DNA of 64,000 nt from contig NC_134476.1 in assembly GCF_964194025.1 (NCBI RefSeq), forward strand, positions 29,512,001 through 29,576,000. The letters are read 5' to 3'. The translations under genes were made by a program, and so were the position numbers. The notes beneath the pieces were generated by a model, which worked only from the letters and a program-made list of their open reading frames with translations, had not been told where the DNA came from and made no database searches. Numbering within the stretch: the first letter of the stretch is position 1; each line of letters begins with the position of its first letter. Below are positions 34,330 through 47,400 of this stretch, piece by piece. This DNA is from Convolutriloba macropyga (Eukaryota).

Positions 34330-35132
34330 TAGCGATTATGTTAGTCCTGTTGGTCTTTGTAGGACTATCGAAGAGGAGAATTATTTTCATGCAGGTTTTC
34401 TTTTAGCTGAAGCATATCTGATATAACGAATTGTGACCGCTTTCCTTTCGCACATGCTCAGTAGCTAGTAACCAATAGTGATACTCAAGTTGTAAAGGCC
34501 ATTTTGAGAAATTTCGATTCCATGACATTCCCTCCTCCCTATCCAAACAGGCGCAACCTACCTACTTACCCCAACTCAAGGCTGTCCCTCCCACCCAACA
34601 TACCCCATGCCAAAAATCTTCTAGTCTGTTTTGGGTAAATATTGCATTAAAAGTTAGGTTCTGTTGGTCTTTTATGCGACTTTTGGTATGAGTTCATTTT
34701 TTGTCTGGCAAATGATTTTTCGTCCTCAAAAACAAGAAATGCCGGGAGGGAGTTAAGTCCTTGAGCATTTCGCATAGAGTTTTACTAATCACTAAGTGTA
34801 CAAATCACTGAAGCTGCTGAGAAGGAGAAATCTTGCTATGAGGTGCAGTTTCTTCGGTAGATTAGACCCCCGGCGGAAACTCACTCCACCGCCCCCGCTC
34901 ATTCCACACCGAATACCGCATGCGTTACTAAACCGCCCCCCCCCCCCCACGAATTGTTCCCCTCTCTCTACATTAAGCTTGAGTAAGCCTTTCTAAGCCC
35001 CTCACTCCACCACTATCCAACCGCCCTCTGTTAAGGTTAAGCTGTACTCATTAGTATGAATCTAGCTATTATGGAAGCCGACTGCTCGCCAATCTTTGAG
35101 AGCAATTCGTTCGACTCTAGTCGTTTATGTTA
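34330..35132 (+). mobile_element. Diverged family A HINE-like copy or copies
   Basis: tagtcctgttggtc and cgtcctcaaaaac core, C-rich tract, 3' tttgagagcaattcgttcgactctagtcgtttatgtt. Confidence 0.6.
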
Positions 35133-38100
35133 AGTTTGAAGCGGTTGAGTTTGCTTTCCCAAACACAACTGATCAGTGTAATTCTGTAGACTTGATATTT
35201 CTATAAATTTATCCAAACGTCAATTTTGATCTTACATACTGTGGAAACGTCGGGATTGACTGTTTACAGAAATTGGATCCATTTTGCTGTCTCCGCAATC
35301 TTAGCTAGCAAAATCACTTTTACGACCCCAGTGAATTGTTTTGGCAAGAAATGTTGTACATAAGAAACATACCGCTTCATCACGAATGAAATTAGAAATT
35401 ATGCATTGAATTTTGTTTTAGAATGCCTTATTAAAGTTGAAGAGTTAGCGTTTTGGCGTAGTAGTTTTGTACTCTTCAAAAATTACGGAAATGGATGCTT
35501 GAGAAGTCAGGTCGTTTTGCTAATTTAGATAGGCTTCAAGTGTCGGCTTCGTTTTAATTTTGCCTCGGTTCGTTTAATATTGCCGTTGCACTAATCAAAC
35601 CGTACATGCTAAAGCTGTTGTCTAACTGTTAACGTAAATCTGGTACTTTGGGGTTGAATTAATGGCGGAATTGGTTTCAATTGGGGTTTCAAATACATTG
35701 CCGGCAGAATTTGGAAGTACCTGCAGTGATTACAACGCCACTTTGCATTACAGCAAGTTCTAAAGTAAAATTTTGTTTACTAATTGAGCTCTGAAGATGA
35801 CACGGGAAAGGTCGCGAGGTAGAAAGAGAGGAACAGAAAAGTGCAACGTCTCTGCAAGGAAGTCTAAAAGTCAAGATGTACCCATCAATTATGAAGGAGG
35901 TAAATGCACTTTCAATTGAGTTTAAGTTTTAGCTTAGATTTTATTTACTACCCATTGTTAAACCATATAGAAAATTATGTTTTATGTTTTAAATGGTTGT
36001 TTTGGGTTAAATTAGGCTGGATACGACTTGAAAATAAAATGAATCGTGTTTTTTGCTCCTGAATCATGTGCAATTGAAAAGCGTGTGAGCAGTGATAGTG
36101 AAAACTAGATCTTCAATGTTTATTCACCATGCCCCCTCCCCCAAAGCCATGACCTTGTCATGAAACGTTCAAATATGCGAAGGGGAAAGGGCCCGAATTA
36201 TTGTTGTGTGTGCGGCGTGCATAATAATGTAGGATGGCTATGTTATTGTGGGAGACTACAATGGGACAAAATGGCAATGTGCATTAATCGATTTAAAAAC
36301 TGGTTTTTCCGTCAAAAGTAAGAGGCAGCGGAGTGAAGCAAGGAAGAGAGGGAGGAGCAGTAGGGAGGCGTGGCTCTCGTGAAGAGGGAGGGGTGGAATT
36401 AGTTGCTACCAACAAGAGTCACTCTCTGACACCCAATCGCACGGTCAGATTCAACAGGTCCACCCATGCTCCTGCTATCCATACTTTCCTCAATCTTTTT
36501 CTCTCCTCGGCGCACCTGCTGCTTTACTATCAGTAATTAGTTAATGGGAATGGCACATGATCTGCTGTATATGACCTCTGCGGGTTATTGTGTAGCTGAT
36601 TGTTGAGCGCTGACTATTACAATTATTATATGCGATTGAATAGGTGCGAAATTAAAATTGTATATGGGCAAATTCTTCTGGTGCAGGGGGGGGGGTTAAA
36701 GTTAGGGTTAGGGGGTAAATTTCCAACGGTGCTGGTTAAGAATTTAATTACTGCCTTTTTCACTTGATATCAAAATGAGACAGAAGACTAGGAATATTAG
36801 AAAATGTATATTATAAATTAGTGGCACTCGCACCTGCTAATGTAAAATAAAGTAATTGCTAGCTAAGTGAGTAATGTACGGAAGTGTTGCTTTAACAAAA
36901 GTTATCCATGGGAGGGAGTTTGCAGTTTGATCTTTTTTCAAACAGGACAAAAATTAGTGACTCCTCCAGCGTCTTCCAATCTTTGGCCCCTTTGCCTAAC
37001 ATTGCAGCGGACGCAGTTACTAACTCCTCGGCCCCTCTAGTGCAGAGCTTGAAGGCCACCCTGGACCCCCTAAGGAGTTCTGTGCCTCAGGGACTGCCGC
37101 GGAATCGCAACTTTGCGGCAAAGTTGCCAAAAATTGAGAAATTACGCAGGAAACAGGAAGCTATCTGTGCTCTCCATTTTAGGTTGACAAGTATTCAGTT
37201 TAATTTCTTAAAACCTGCTTAGGTGAACAACAATGTTGTTCGACAATTTCGAGGAAATTATTTGATCCGAGTGACTGAATGTTCGTTTGGTTTGAATTTC
37301 ATTAAGCGTGATGATTCTTTTAATTTGATACGTTTTATGTGCTTAAATTTTTCTACAAATTATTTGGGCCCGGTTGGTCTTTTTTGACGCTTGATCGTTT
37401 TTTGCGACTCGAAGAGGAGTATTGGAGAAATTCGTTTTAACAACTCAAAGATGAGCTAATGTGATTAATAGTTCTTAAACAAAGTTTTTAGCAATTATTT
37501 TGGCTCTGCTGGTCTTTTTTGTGGGATTTTTCGTACTTCGACATTTTGCAACAAAAGTAAACTTAGATGCTAATCTGCCTGTTTTTGAAGAGCGTTGTGA
37601 ACTGGAGAATTACCATGAGCAAGTTGAACAGATTTCAATGTGGAAATCAACCTGCAGGTTTTTTACCGAAAACTCGAATTTTTATGTGGCTTTTCTTTCT
37701 AAGCGTTGGCAACAATTCCCTCCATTTGCAGTTTATTTATATAAAATTTACGGATTTTGGAATGTTACAGAAAATTTTAGATTATGTAATTTTGCTGTTT
37801 ACGTTTGTTAGCGAGTGTTGTTTTTGTCTGACCATTTGGAATTCGCATCCTCAAAAATGGTAGAAACAAAAAGCCTGGAGTCCTTATGTCGCTAATCAAG
37901 TCTTTAAGCCTTTTCTAAGCATTCAATTCACGGAAGCTGTGTAGGACAACTTCATTTTGTGAAAAGCTGCTTTTAAAATTTTGTCCCACTCACTTCACGC
38001 CTCTTTCAACCTAAGCTCCGACTAGCTATTGACAAAGCCACCCGCTCTTCAGTCGTTTCAGAGCATTTCGCCCGCCGTTAGTTTGTTGAACTCCTTTTTT

Positions 38101-38845
38101 AAAAAAAATTGATGGATTGGTTCTAAAACAGAATGCAGAAGGCGATTAAGCAAGTAAAAATTAGTTGATTTTTTTGGTTTTGAAGAAAATCGAAGAGCGG
38201 AGAGAATAAAGAGTGTTGTTTTTGTTCATACTTGTCGAATTTTTGCATTGCGCGAGAAGTTGTTTGATCACAGACCGCTTCTTTAAAATGCAATTTTGAG
38301 TGTTATTCAATTTACCGTTTCAGAAGTTTTTTTCCTCTAATTTTAATTGTATTCGAGTAGTTTATGGTTGAAGATGGTATTTTAGTAGCTTTTGATGTTT
38401 TTAGAAGATAATTGTTAAAAGTTTAACCCGAATATATTGAGGAAAATAGCTTAAACTTAGTCAAATTTTGCGCCAATATTTGTCAAAAGTAATTTTTTTG
38501 CCCCTTTTGCTCTTTTTCTAAACCTTTCGCAGTAGCTTTTAATTGCTCTTGAACGAAGTTCATAACAATTATTGTAAACGCGTCGGTCTTTTTTAATGCA
38601 AAATTTTTTCTTGACCGTTTTTAAGCTTTTCTTCTAGAAAATTCTTTGGCTTCTCGTGATTTTTCGAACGCTTTCGTTCTTTATTTTTGAGTGATCTTTT
38701 GTTCGCACTCCGAAGAACTAATTTCTGGGTGTTTCTTGGAGGAAACACTACATTATTATTATTAATTAATGATTTTAACTGAACTTAATGAAATTTGAAG
38801 CTTGTTGCTAAAATAAAAACGATTGCAGCATAGCAAGAAGAAGAG

Positions 38846-38915
38846 ACGGATAGCTTAAGGGCTAGTGCTTCAGGTGAGGGATCGTGAGGATCTTGGTTCG
38901 AGTCCCGGCGTGATC
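38846..38915 (+). other. tRNA-derived (SINE-head-like) Pol III promoter segment; not a convincing tRNA
   Basis: A-box-like tagcttaaggg at 38851 and B-box ggttcgagtcc at 38895; no clean cloverleaf. Confidence 0.55.
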
Positions 38916-39184
38916 AACTGTTTTTGCATAAAGATAAAATGATCTAGGCTCCAAACCCCTGAATTGAATCGCCTCGCCCGTCTTTCAAGGGCAATTCTTC
39001 CTAAATTAGTCGGTTTATGTTTCTTGTTCATTTTGTATAGAACTCATTTCTGGGTGTTTATTGGAGGAAACACTACATTATTATTAGTTCGCTGAACTTA
39101 ATGAAATTTTCGGCAAATTATTGCTGTTTAGTGCGTATTTATGCGGATTAAAACTCCTCATAAATATTATTGTAGGTCGTTTGA

Positions 39185-40062
39185 TTAACAGCCGCAAGGC
39201 GATTGTTGGGACTATTATTGGCCGTCTCTTAGTTTGTTCAGAATTCAAAGAATTTGAAATGTATTGAGGGCGCTCTTTTTACGACTCGAACATGAGTATT
39301 GGTGGAGCGTCTTTTTCTATCGACAATTTTGTTTAGTGTATTTAAAACAGGATGTAAAAGTCAATGCTGCACGGTGAAACCGAAATGTTTAGGTCGGTGA
39401 TTTCCAACGAAACGGTGATTTCCACAGAGTGATTTCGTTTTCATGACGTGTTTTTGAGAGAGAGCGAGAAAAGTAGGGGTGAAAACGGCTTTTTCGAACT
39501 TGTTCAGTTTTTATTTATAGCGATAGTTGAGACTATTATTTGCCTTCTCTTGATTTTTAATTGCGCACAGCGATAGCTGGGGCTTTTTTGGTTTTCTCCT
39601 GGTTTTTGATTTTTGTCATCTAGATTTTTTTACGCCCATATAACGTCACAATCACTTCAAATCTACTTTTTGCTAATTCGTTCATGCAATTTCAACTGAA
39701 TTGCGTGCTTGACGTCATTTTTCACTCTTAGCAGAGCGAGTTTTTTTTTGGTTGTTTGCGTTATTAAATTTTTGGTCACGCATGACTTACCTCACTATCA
39801 AAATTGACTTCCTCGCTCTGAAATTGAATTTTTTTACATTAATTCAAATAGATAAGGTCAAATATGTGCGTGTCACTCAAATTGAAGGGTATTTGAGGGC
39901 AACTAATACAAGGAGCAATAATTTAAACAGATTCCTAATCAAAGTAGAACATCTCAGCATTTTTTTAAAAAGTTTTTTTGGTCTGTTTCTTTTGCTATAT
40001 TTTTGAGACTGCAGGTCTATGATACTATTGCGGCTTTTTTATGGCAACTTGCCAGCTATGTT
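39185..40062 (+). mobile_element. Family B HINE-like copy, composite
   Basis: 5' ttaacagccgcaaggcgat, shared internal tgcaatttcaactgaattgcgtg block, 3' ctattgcggctttttatggcaacttgccagctatgtt. Confidence 0.6.
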
Positions 40063-41477
40063 TGTCTCTTTCCGTCGTTTTTTGTTTCGAAATGGTTAGT
40101 GTTGTTTGGTAAATAGGGTATTTGTTTAGTGAGAGTTGGCTAACGGCTGGTTAATGGCTCATGGCTAAGCCGGAGGTGCGCGAAACAAGAACGAGGCTGT
40201 TTTTAGTTTTTGCCGTGCTTTTTTTAGTTTTCCCCATATTTTCGTTACAACACCATTTGATCACGCACCAGGAAATCAAAGTTAACCTCTACCAATCATC
40301 AGCTTAATTTGTTTTGTGACTTTTGGTTTCTGATTGTCTAGGTGCATCTTTTGATAAGTTGTTTGATTATCGATTATTGAACTCCTCGACAATGCCCCCT
40401 GCACTCTGATTTAACCTAAATAAAGAATTCATTGGATGTCACCCAAATTGGATACTTAAAAGGTTATGTTGGTTGAAAGACATTTTTTGAAATTGAGTTT
40501 GAAAATATGAGAATTTGACGTCTGTTTTTTATTTGTGTGGGTATTAATTTTTTTTTTACTAAGGGCCTCTATCGTCTATTTCGCTGCTATTTTTTGGCAA
40601 TCCTTCGGCTATGTTCAACAGTTTGGAGCAAATTGATACATGAAAAGAAACAACTATGAAAGATGGTTCCGCTGCTGGTCAAATTTTAAGGGCGGGGAGA
40701 AGGAGGTGATCCGTTCATACCTCAAGTTTCGAGAGAGTGAGAAACTGAGGCGTGGAAGATGAGCAAAATTTTTTGTTCGTCTGGCTTTTTTATCAGTTTT
40801 TCTGGTTTTAGTTTTTCTATTTAAACGATTTCAATGGGCAATGACAACGAACAAACGATTATTCTGTTTTTAAGTTTTTGTAATTATAATGATTATTAGA
40901 AAACCTGACTGTTTTCAACTGTTTTTCTGAATTTTAGGCTATTTTAGCTTTTTTAACTTTTATTTTGATTTATTACATCAATTTGGATTTGACGAGACGA
41001 TCATTGCCTGCAGTCATTTTAATTTACAAATTGATTCAAGCTTTCCTTACTTAAAGCAATTGTTTAATGAGGAATATGGCCAAAAAATGGAAGAATGTTT
41101 TTTTTCATTTTCTAATTGTTTCCTCATTTTATTCAAAATCGGAGAAGTTAGTTAACTCATTATAACCTCCGTTTTATCTGTGAGCCCTTGAGTATGGTCA
41201 AGAGAGCAAGAGCATTGTTGAATGTACGAAAGTAGGTTGTCTTTACGCTTTATTATAGGAGACTTCAGATTGATTTGAATAGCTGCGATAGTTGAGTTGC
41301 AATTATTGAACTTTTCCTGGTTCTTCGTCACCGAGTTTTTTGTTACTACATTATGACATCTGCTGTTCGTTATCTTATTCATGCCATTTCGACTCAACTT
41401 TGCGACGCGTCATTTTTTACTCTCTACTACCACCACTACTACTACTATTCTTTTGTTTTCCCTTGTAAAATTATTTA

Positions 41478-42021
41478 TTAATAGCCGCGAAGCGATAGCA
41501 GCTTTTATTGGGGACATCGTGTTTTAATTCGTTGTCTCCATCGATGATTTTTGCGAGCATTGACTTTTTGAATTTGTGACTTCTACTGCTTTGCAGTTAA
41601 AATTTGTGAGCGTGACGTCATTTTTTCTGCTTTTAGTTCAATTGCCTGACTTACTTACCTCAAAAAATGACTTGTGAACTCATTTAATGAACTTTAAATT
41701 TTATGTACATTTAATGGTTAAAGATCAATAGTGTGTATCTAAGTAGAGCCGAACGTGTATGCCCTAGTTCTCGAGTATTAGAGTCTTGAGGTTTTGATTT
41801 TTAATATTAATTTTTGAAAAGCTCTATTATGGCTTTTTCCTTATAGAGCGAGCGTGTGTGTGTGTCATAAAAATGACAGTCCGATTCTAACCCAAAAACT
41901 CTAGTGGTCTATTAAAGGACTGTTTTTCAATCTGTCTATCTTATTTCTTTAGTTGTTTCAATTCAATGGAAGGTCACAAGCGTTTATCGCGGCTATTTTC
42001 CGGCAATCTGCCGGCTATTTT
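41478..42021 (+). mobile_element. Family B HINE-like element, full length
   Basis: ttaatagccgcgaagcgatag .. atcgcggctattttccggcaatctgccggctatttt; colinear with 9891-10445. Confidence 0.72.
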
Positions 42022-43018
42022 AGGTAAATTTTGCGACAGTTTTACTCCAGCACAGCGAGGGAGCGTTCAATTTGGCTTCTAAATATGGATCTTAGTATGT
42101 TTTTTATGATTGTGAAGCTTCGAGCAATTATTGTTGCTAAATTGTAGGGCAGACAGATCGAACCCTGAACAGCAAACGGGATTCAACGAAGGCGAGTTTG
42201 AAGCTATGAATCGAGCATTCAACAGGGATGTTTTGAATTTTCTCTAAAACTAAGAATCAAATTTGAATCTAAAGTCAACTTAACTCACTTCGAAATTGAA
42301 ATTTAATTAGTGCCGATCTCATTACTGTTGTAATGGCTATACCCACCCATTGCACGTGCTAAGATTCAGTATCAAGTATTTTAAGCAGAGGCGAACGTAT
42401 GATGTACCTTTGGGTTGTTTTACGACTTGATAATTTTCATCTCATCTAAGTTGATTGCTGGTTTTTAACAAACCCTTCCCAATATCCAATCTTCTCTCCT
42501 TTTTTTAAATTCGTCCTTGTTCTTAGAAAGCTTATACTGATTGAGAAATATTTTTGGCCACCATTTCTGTAAACACTGTTTTTGTAAATATTGTCTTTTG
42601 GGATAGTCATTTCAAAAATTGGGTAACCTAAGATCCTTTTTGGATGCATCTAGTCTGCATGCTGGTATCAAAGAGATCTATGATGAGATGCGACAGGCTG
42701 ATCAAGAAGAGGATGAAAGTTGCCACGATTATGAAGTTCACGGTGATGATCTCAAGTGAATATATCCGATGATTTACCCTAGGCAGAAAACTCAGATTGC
42801 AGATGTAGTTTTCTAAGACATTTAACCCATTAAAAAGTTATTTCTCATAAAAAAATTTGTTCACATTTTAGCGAGATAAAAATTGTTTTCAACCAATATA
42901 ATTTTTAATTTAATTTTGTTCTACCGCAAATTGATTTTCCAGGAAATAGTGATCAGATCAGCTAGCATAAAGTAAAATGAGGACATATATCTTTGCACAC
43001 TGATAACAAATCAAATTT

Positions 43019-43695
43019 TTAATTGCTCTCAAACGAAGTTTAGCAATTATATTAGTCCTATTTTATGCGATTTTTAGCTTGACCGATTTTTCTTCAGACC
43101 CATTTGACTTTTCGTCCTCAAAAACGGGATAAACAGGTAGAGCCCAGAAGGTATTAACTTCTCTTAGAGCCTTTCAGCTCACTAGTCTCAAGTATGCGCA
43201 TCACAGAAACCGTTTTGGAGACGTATATTTTCAATTTGACTTTTTCAATTTGTGACTTCTACTGCTTTGCAATTAAAATTTGTGTGCGTGACGTCATTTT
43301 TCTATTTTTAGGTCAATTGAGTGACTTACCTCACCAAAAAATGACTCCTGAACTCACTTAATGAACATTTGTTTTTATAAACATTTACTAGTCAAAGATC
43401 AATAGTGTGCATCTAAGTAGTGCCAAACGTATATGCCCTAATTAGAGTCTTGATTTCGAATTAATATGAGTTTTTGATTTCGAATATTTATTTTGAAAAA
43501 GCTATATTAAGGCCTTTTCCTTATCGAACGTATGTGTCATAAAAATGACAGCACGACTCTAGCCCAAGAAGTCTAGTTGTTTTTAACGGACGAGTGGTCA
43601 ATCTGTCTATCGTTTTTCTTCAGTTGTTTCAATTCCATGGAAAGCCACAAGCGTCTATCGCGGCTATTTTCCGGCAATCTACCGGCTATGTTTTA
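43019..43695 (+). mobile_element. Chimeric HINE-like copy: family A 5' half joined to family B 3' part
   Basis: aattgctctcaaacgaag..ttggagacgtat (A) switches near 43235 to ttcaatttgtgacttctactgctttgc..gcggctattttccggcaatctaccggctatgttt (B). Confidence 0.6.
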
Positions 43696-44020
43696 CTCCA
43701 CCATGCAAGTTAAAAAGTTTTTATAGATCTTTTTAGCGGAACTTTGAACGCTAACGCACCATCCACTCCCAAGGAGGTCATATGCTTAGTGAATTTTTTC
43801 TAGTTTTAGGTCAATTTGATTATTTCCGTTGCTTTTGTTTACATTTTCCGTATTTTTTGCTCAAACTTATATCAATCTTGCTATATGTTAAAGAAAGGGT
43901 GAATGGTTTTATATTCAATGATAGTGGAGGGTGGCTGGACTATTTGATCCTTCTTTTTTGGCCAAAATTAGGGTAAATGGTTGGAAGTACAGAAGTTCAT
44001 TTACTGATATGAGGGCTAAT

Positions 44021-44362
44021 TAATTGCTCTCAAAGTTTTGTAGCCATTATATTCCCGTGGTCTTGATGCAATTTTCTGTGGTCTAGTCCTGCGGTCTTTG
44101 ATGCAATTTCGTCTGACGTATTTGATTTTTCGTCCTCGAAAACGAGTAGCGCTCGGAGGGCATTAAGTGGCCGATTAGCGCTTTTAGTGCCTTACGTCTT
44201 ACAAGTCTCTAAGTATACCATGTCTACCTTCGATTGACCCCCACAATCAGCTCACCCACCCCCTAATGCTAACATCCCCAGGCCCCAGCTGGAAACTACC
44301 GAAGCCAACCACTCGCCTGTCGCTTGAGAGCAATTCGTCCGACGTTAGTCGGTTATATTTTT
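44021..44362 (+). mobile_element. Family A HINE-like element just upstream of the PARP-like exon
   Basis: taattgctctcaaag .. cttgagagcaattcgtccgacgttagtcggttatattttttt. Confidence 0.7.
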
Positions 44363-44481
44363 TTGTTTCCTGGTCAACTAAAGAGAGCTGTGGGTCTATA
44401 GAGCTGTGGGTCAACGGACAATGTGCGCAGTTATCCTCTAACATCTGGTTCAATTTTTCAGACTGAGATGTAAGGATCGCT

Positions 44482-47400
44482 ATGACTGACGCTGGCGATA
44501 TGAATGGTACCGCCGAACACACTGAGTCCGCTGCAGTTGCTGAACCAGAAAGCAAGTTGAAGACACCAGTTGAAGAAGTGGAAGCAAACGACGACAACGT
44601 AGAACAAGAAAAGAAGTCCGATTCAGTACTCGAGACAAATGACAAAAGCGAGGCGGAAGTAGTTGCTGAAAACATTGAAGCTAAATCAGAAGCTGTAAAA
44701 GAAACCGAAAATTCTGAACCTCCAATTTTGTCTCAACCAACTGCATTACCACTGTTGCCACCAGAAAAATCTCCTGTAATAGAACAATTCAGTGCTAATG
44801 GAGTGACCCTAGCTAATGTTACTAAACCTGTCCCTTCCACCCGGTCCAACTCTGGCAATGAAGATATGCTGACAATAGATGAAGGCATAACTCCAGAACC
44901 AGAAACGAAAACAACCCCTATTGATAGTGAACCTGTAATGAAGCCAATATCTGTAGATACCTCTATCTCTGCTAAAGACCCTATTGCATCGGTTACAACC
45001 CGAAATTCGGCTTCCCGGGTCTCCGCTTCTAAGACTGCGCCCAAATCAGCTCCTGCAGATAGCATTGCTTCTTCGAGATCCAAACGTCCAAGAGTTCCTG
45101 TCAGACATTTTGAGTTTGAGGACGTTGTCGAGGAACCAGAGCCGCCCGAGCAACCAATATCTCTACCTTCGTCTCAAACGTCTACCAAAAATAGTGCTCC
45201 AAAAATTGTGAAGGGAAAAAAAGCTAGCTCCGCGTCAACGACGCCAAAAGAAGCAATGTTCGATAAGGGAGACTACTGTACTGTTCGATCTGACCTGGTT
45301 GGAGAGAATTTCTACCTATGTTTACTCTGTCAAGATGTCTATGAGAACTCAAAAGCGTTGATACCGATTCGATGGCTTGAGATTGAGAAAACTCCAAACC
45401 AGTACAAGTGGTCGTTTCCTGACAAAATTGACAAAGGTTGTATTTTGACAAACGTTAGTGTTGAAAGTTTGGGCAAAGACAGAATCATATTGCCAAATAG
45501 TGAAATAATGAGGTCAATTTATGTATTGAAGAAGTCAATTCAGTCCGAAAAGGGCGAAAAAGTGACCCTGGAGTTACCACCCAAAACGGCAGAAGGGAAA
45601 GAGGAGGCGCCTGAGATGGTTTCTGAGACTAAAAAAGCAACCAATAAACGTGGCGGCGGCAAAGTCCAATCTTCGCAAAGAACTCCGACTGCTCTGAAAC
45701 GTACTCGGGAACCGAGTATTAGTTCTACGGAAAGTAGCGAGCAATTTTCAGATTTGAGCGACGAGTACGTTGTTCCACAATCTCGGAGACGAGGAGGCGC
45801 GAGAGGTGGAAGCAGTGCTACTGTTACTAGGCAGGGATCTGGTCGAACAACTACTAGGAATCAAACTTCAGGTCCAACATCAGCAAAGCAGCCATCCAGA
45901 GGTCATCAATTGGAGCTTGACGAAGATTACAATCCTTCTGTGGAAAGAAAAACGAGAGGCAGTAACCGTATAACCCCAACCAAAGCAGTCAGCCCAGGAA
46001 ATTCTGGGTTTGACCCAGATAAAACTTTATCACCCACCAAGAGTCCAGTGCGGACCGTAAACTACACTTCTCGTATTAAAATTGACCCTAATGATCAGTT
46101 TTTGGACGAAAAATATATCTTTGATGAAACTGATCTCAATTTCAAAGCCAAGCAGATCATTCGGTTGGTTTCATTTGGTGACCTAGATTTAATTAAACGG
46201 GCGCTGAGCGATCCAAAATTAGATTCTGTATGTTGCGGACGAAGCAAAGATTGTCTAGACGGACCATTTGAAACTGCTGCTCAAAATGATGATGTAACAA
46301 GCCTACTTCTTCTGTTAGACAAAAATATGGAGCTAGCGAAAAAAGCTTTTACTAGTTCCTGCCTCTTAAAGGACAAACTTTTAACGGAAGACATCAATTT
46401 GAAGTGTCGATCGTTTCCTTATGACAGTTTTTTTGAAGAATTGATGCGAACGGAACCTGAGCCGTTCAAGCTAATAGATTTCTTAGTTTCCAAAGGATAC
46501 GTCGAAACCCTGATCAAATTTGTTCATCTTGCTTTGAAAAACGGCAATCAAAAGTCGGCCCTGCATGTCTTAAAAGTCGGGAATTCTACAAACAATGAAA
46601 ATATATTGAATGTGTTGGACGAATTTAATGAATCAAAATTGGAATCAATTCTAGAATTAGCCAGCTATCAGCAAAGTTTGGGTCTGTACCTAATACATGC
46701 TGCTGCTGCTTCTGAAAACGGCCGATATTTGTCACAATTATTAGACAGAAATCAGGAGCTGATCAGCGTCTGTGACTGTTATGGTTGGTACTGTTTCCAT
46801 TACGCGGCTGCCTGCAAAAGCGCTACTAATATTGATATCTTATGTAATCGCATTGGAAACGTCATCAACTCTTACGTAACCTCAGATTCTGGCTTGACAC
46901 CATTGATGATTGCCTGCCAGCTGAACAGGGTTAAAAATGTCCAAACTTTGCTGAACGTTGCGGGGTCTATCCAGCAGCAAAAATTATTGGAAACCGCCAA
47001 TTTTGATGGAAAAACTTGTCTGCATTTAGCAGCAGAGGCCGGAAATGTGGAAGTTTTGAACATGATTTTGCCGCTATGCTTTGATGTCAACGTAAAAACT
47101 GGTACTAAACACGGTGATATGACAGCCTTGATGTTATCTGCTAGCAAAGGTCATTTCAAGAGCTGCGAAATACTACTAAACAAGAAATGCGATGTTAATA
47201 TTGAGGATGTAAATGGACGCACTGCATTGACTTTTGCGATACTGAATGGATTTCAAAATATTGTCAGTTTGCTTATATGCAGCGGAGCTGTACCGACTAA
47301 AGTTGACATTAATGGCAACAGTTTGGTGCATTATGCCACTTGTTATGGATGGTCACATTGTCTTACCTTGCTGATCGATATCGGGCTATCGCTAAGTTTA

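Noticed and set aside
36700-36714. Telomeric TTAGGG repeat
   Set aside because: Only two units; expected by chance
38846-38915. Functional tRNA gene
   Set aside because: A and B boxes are present but acceptor and anticodon stems do not pair convincingly, and it lies in repeat context
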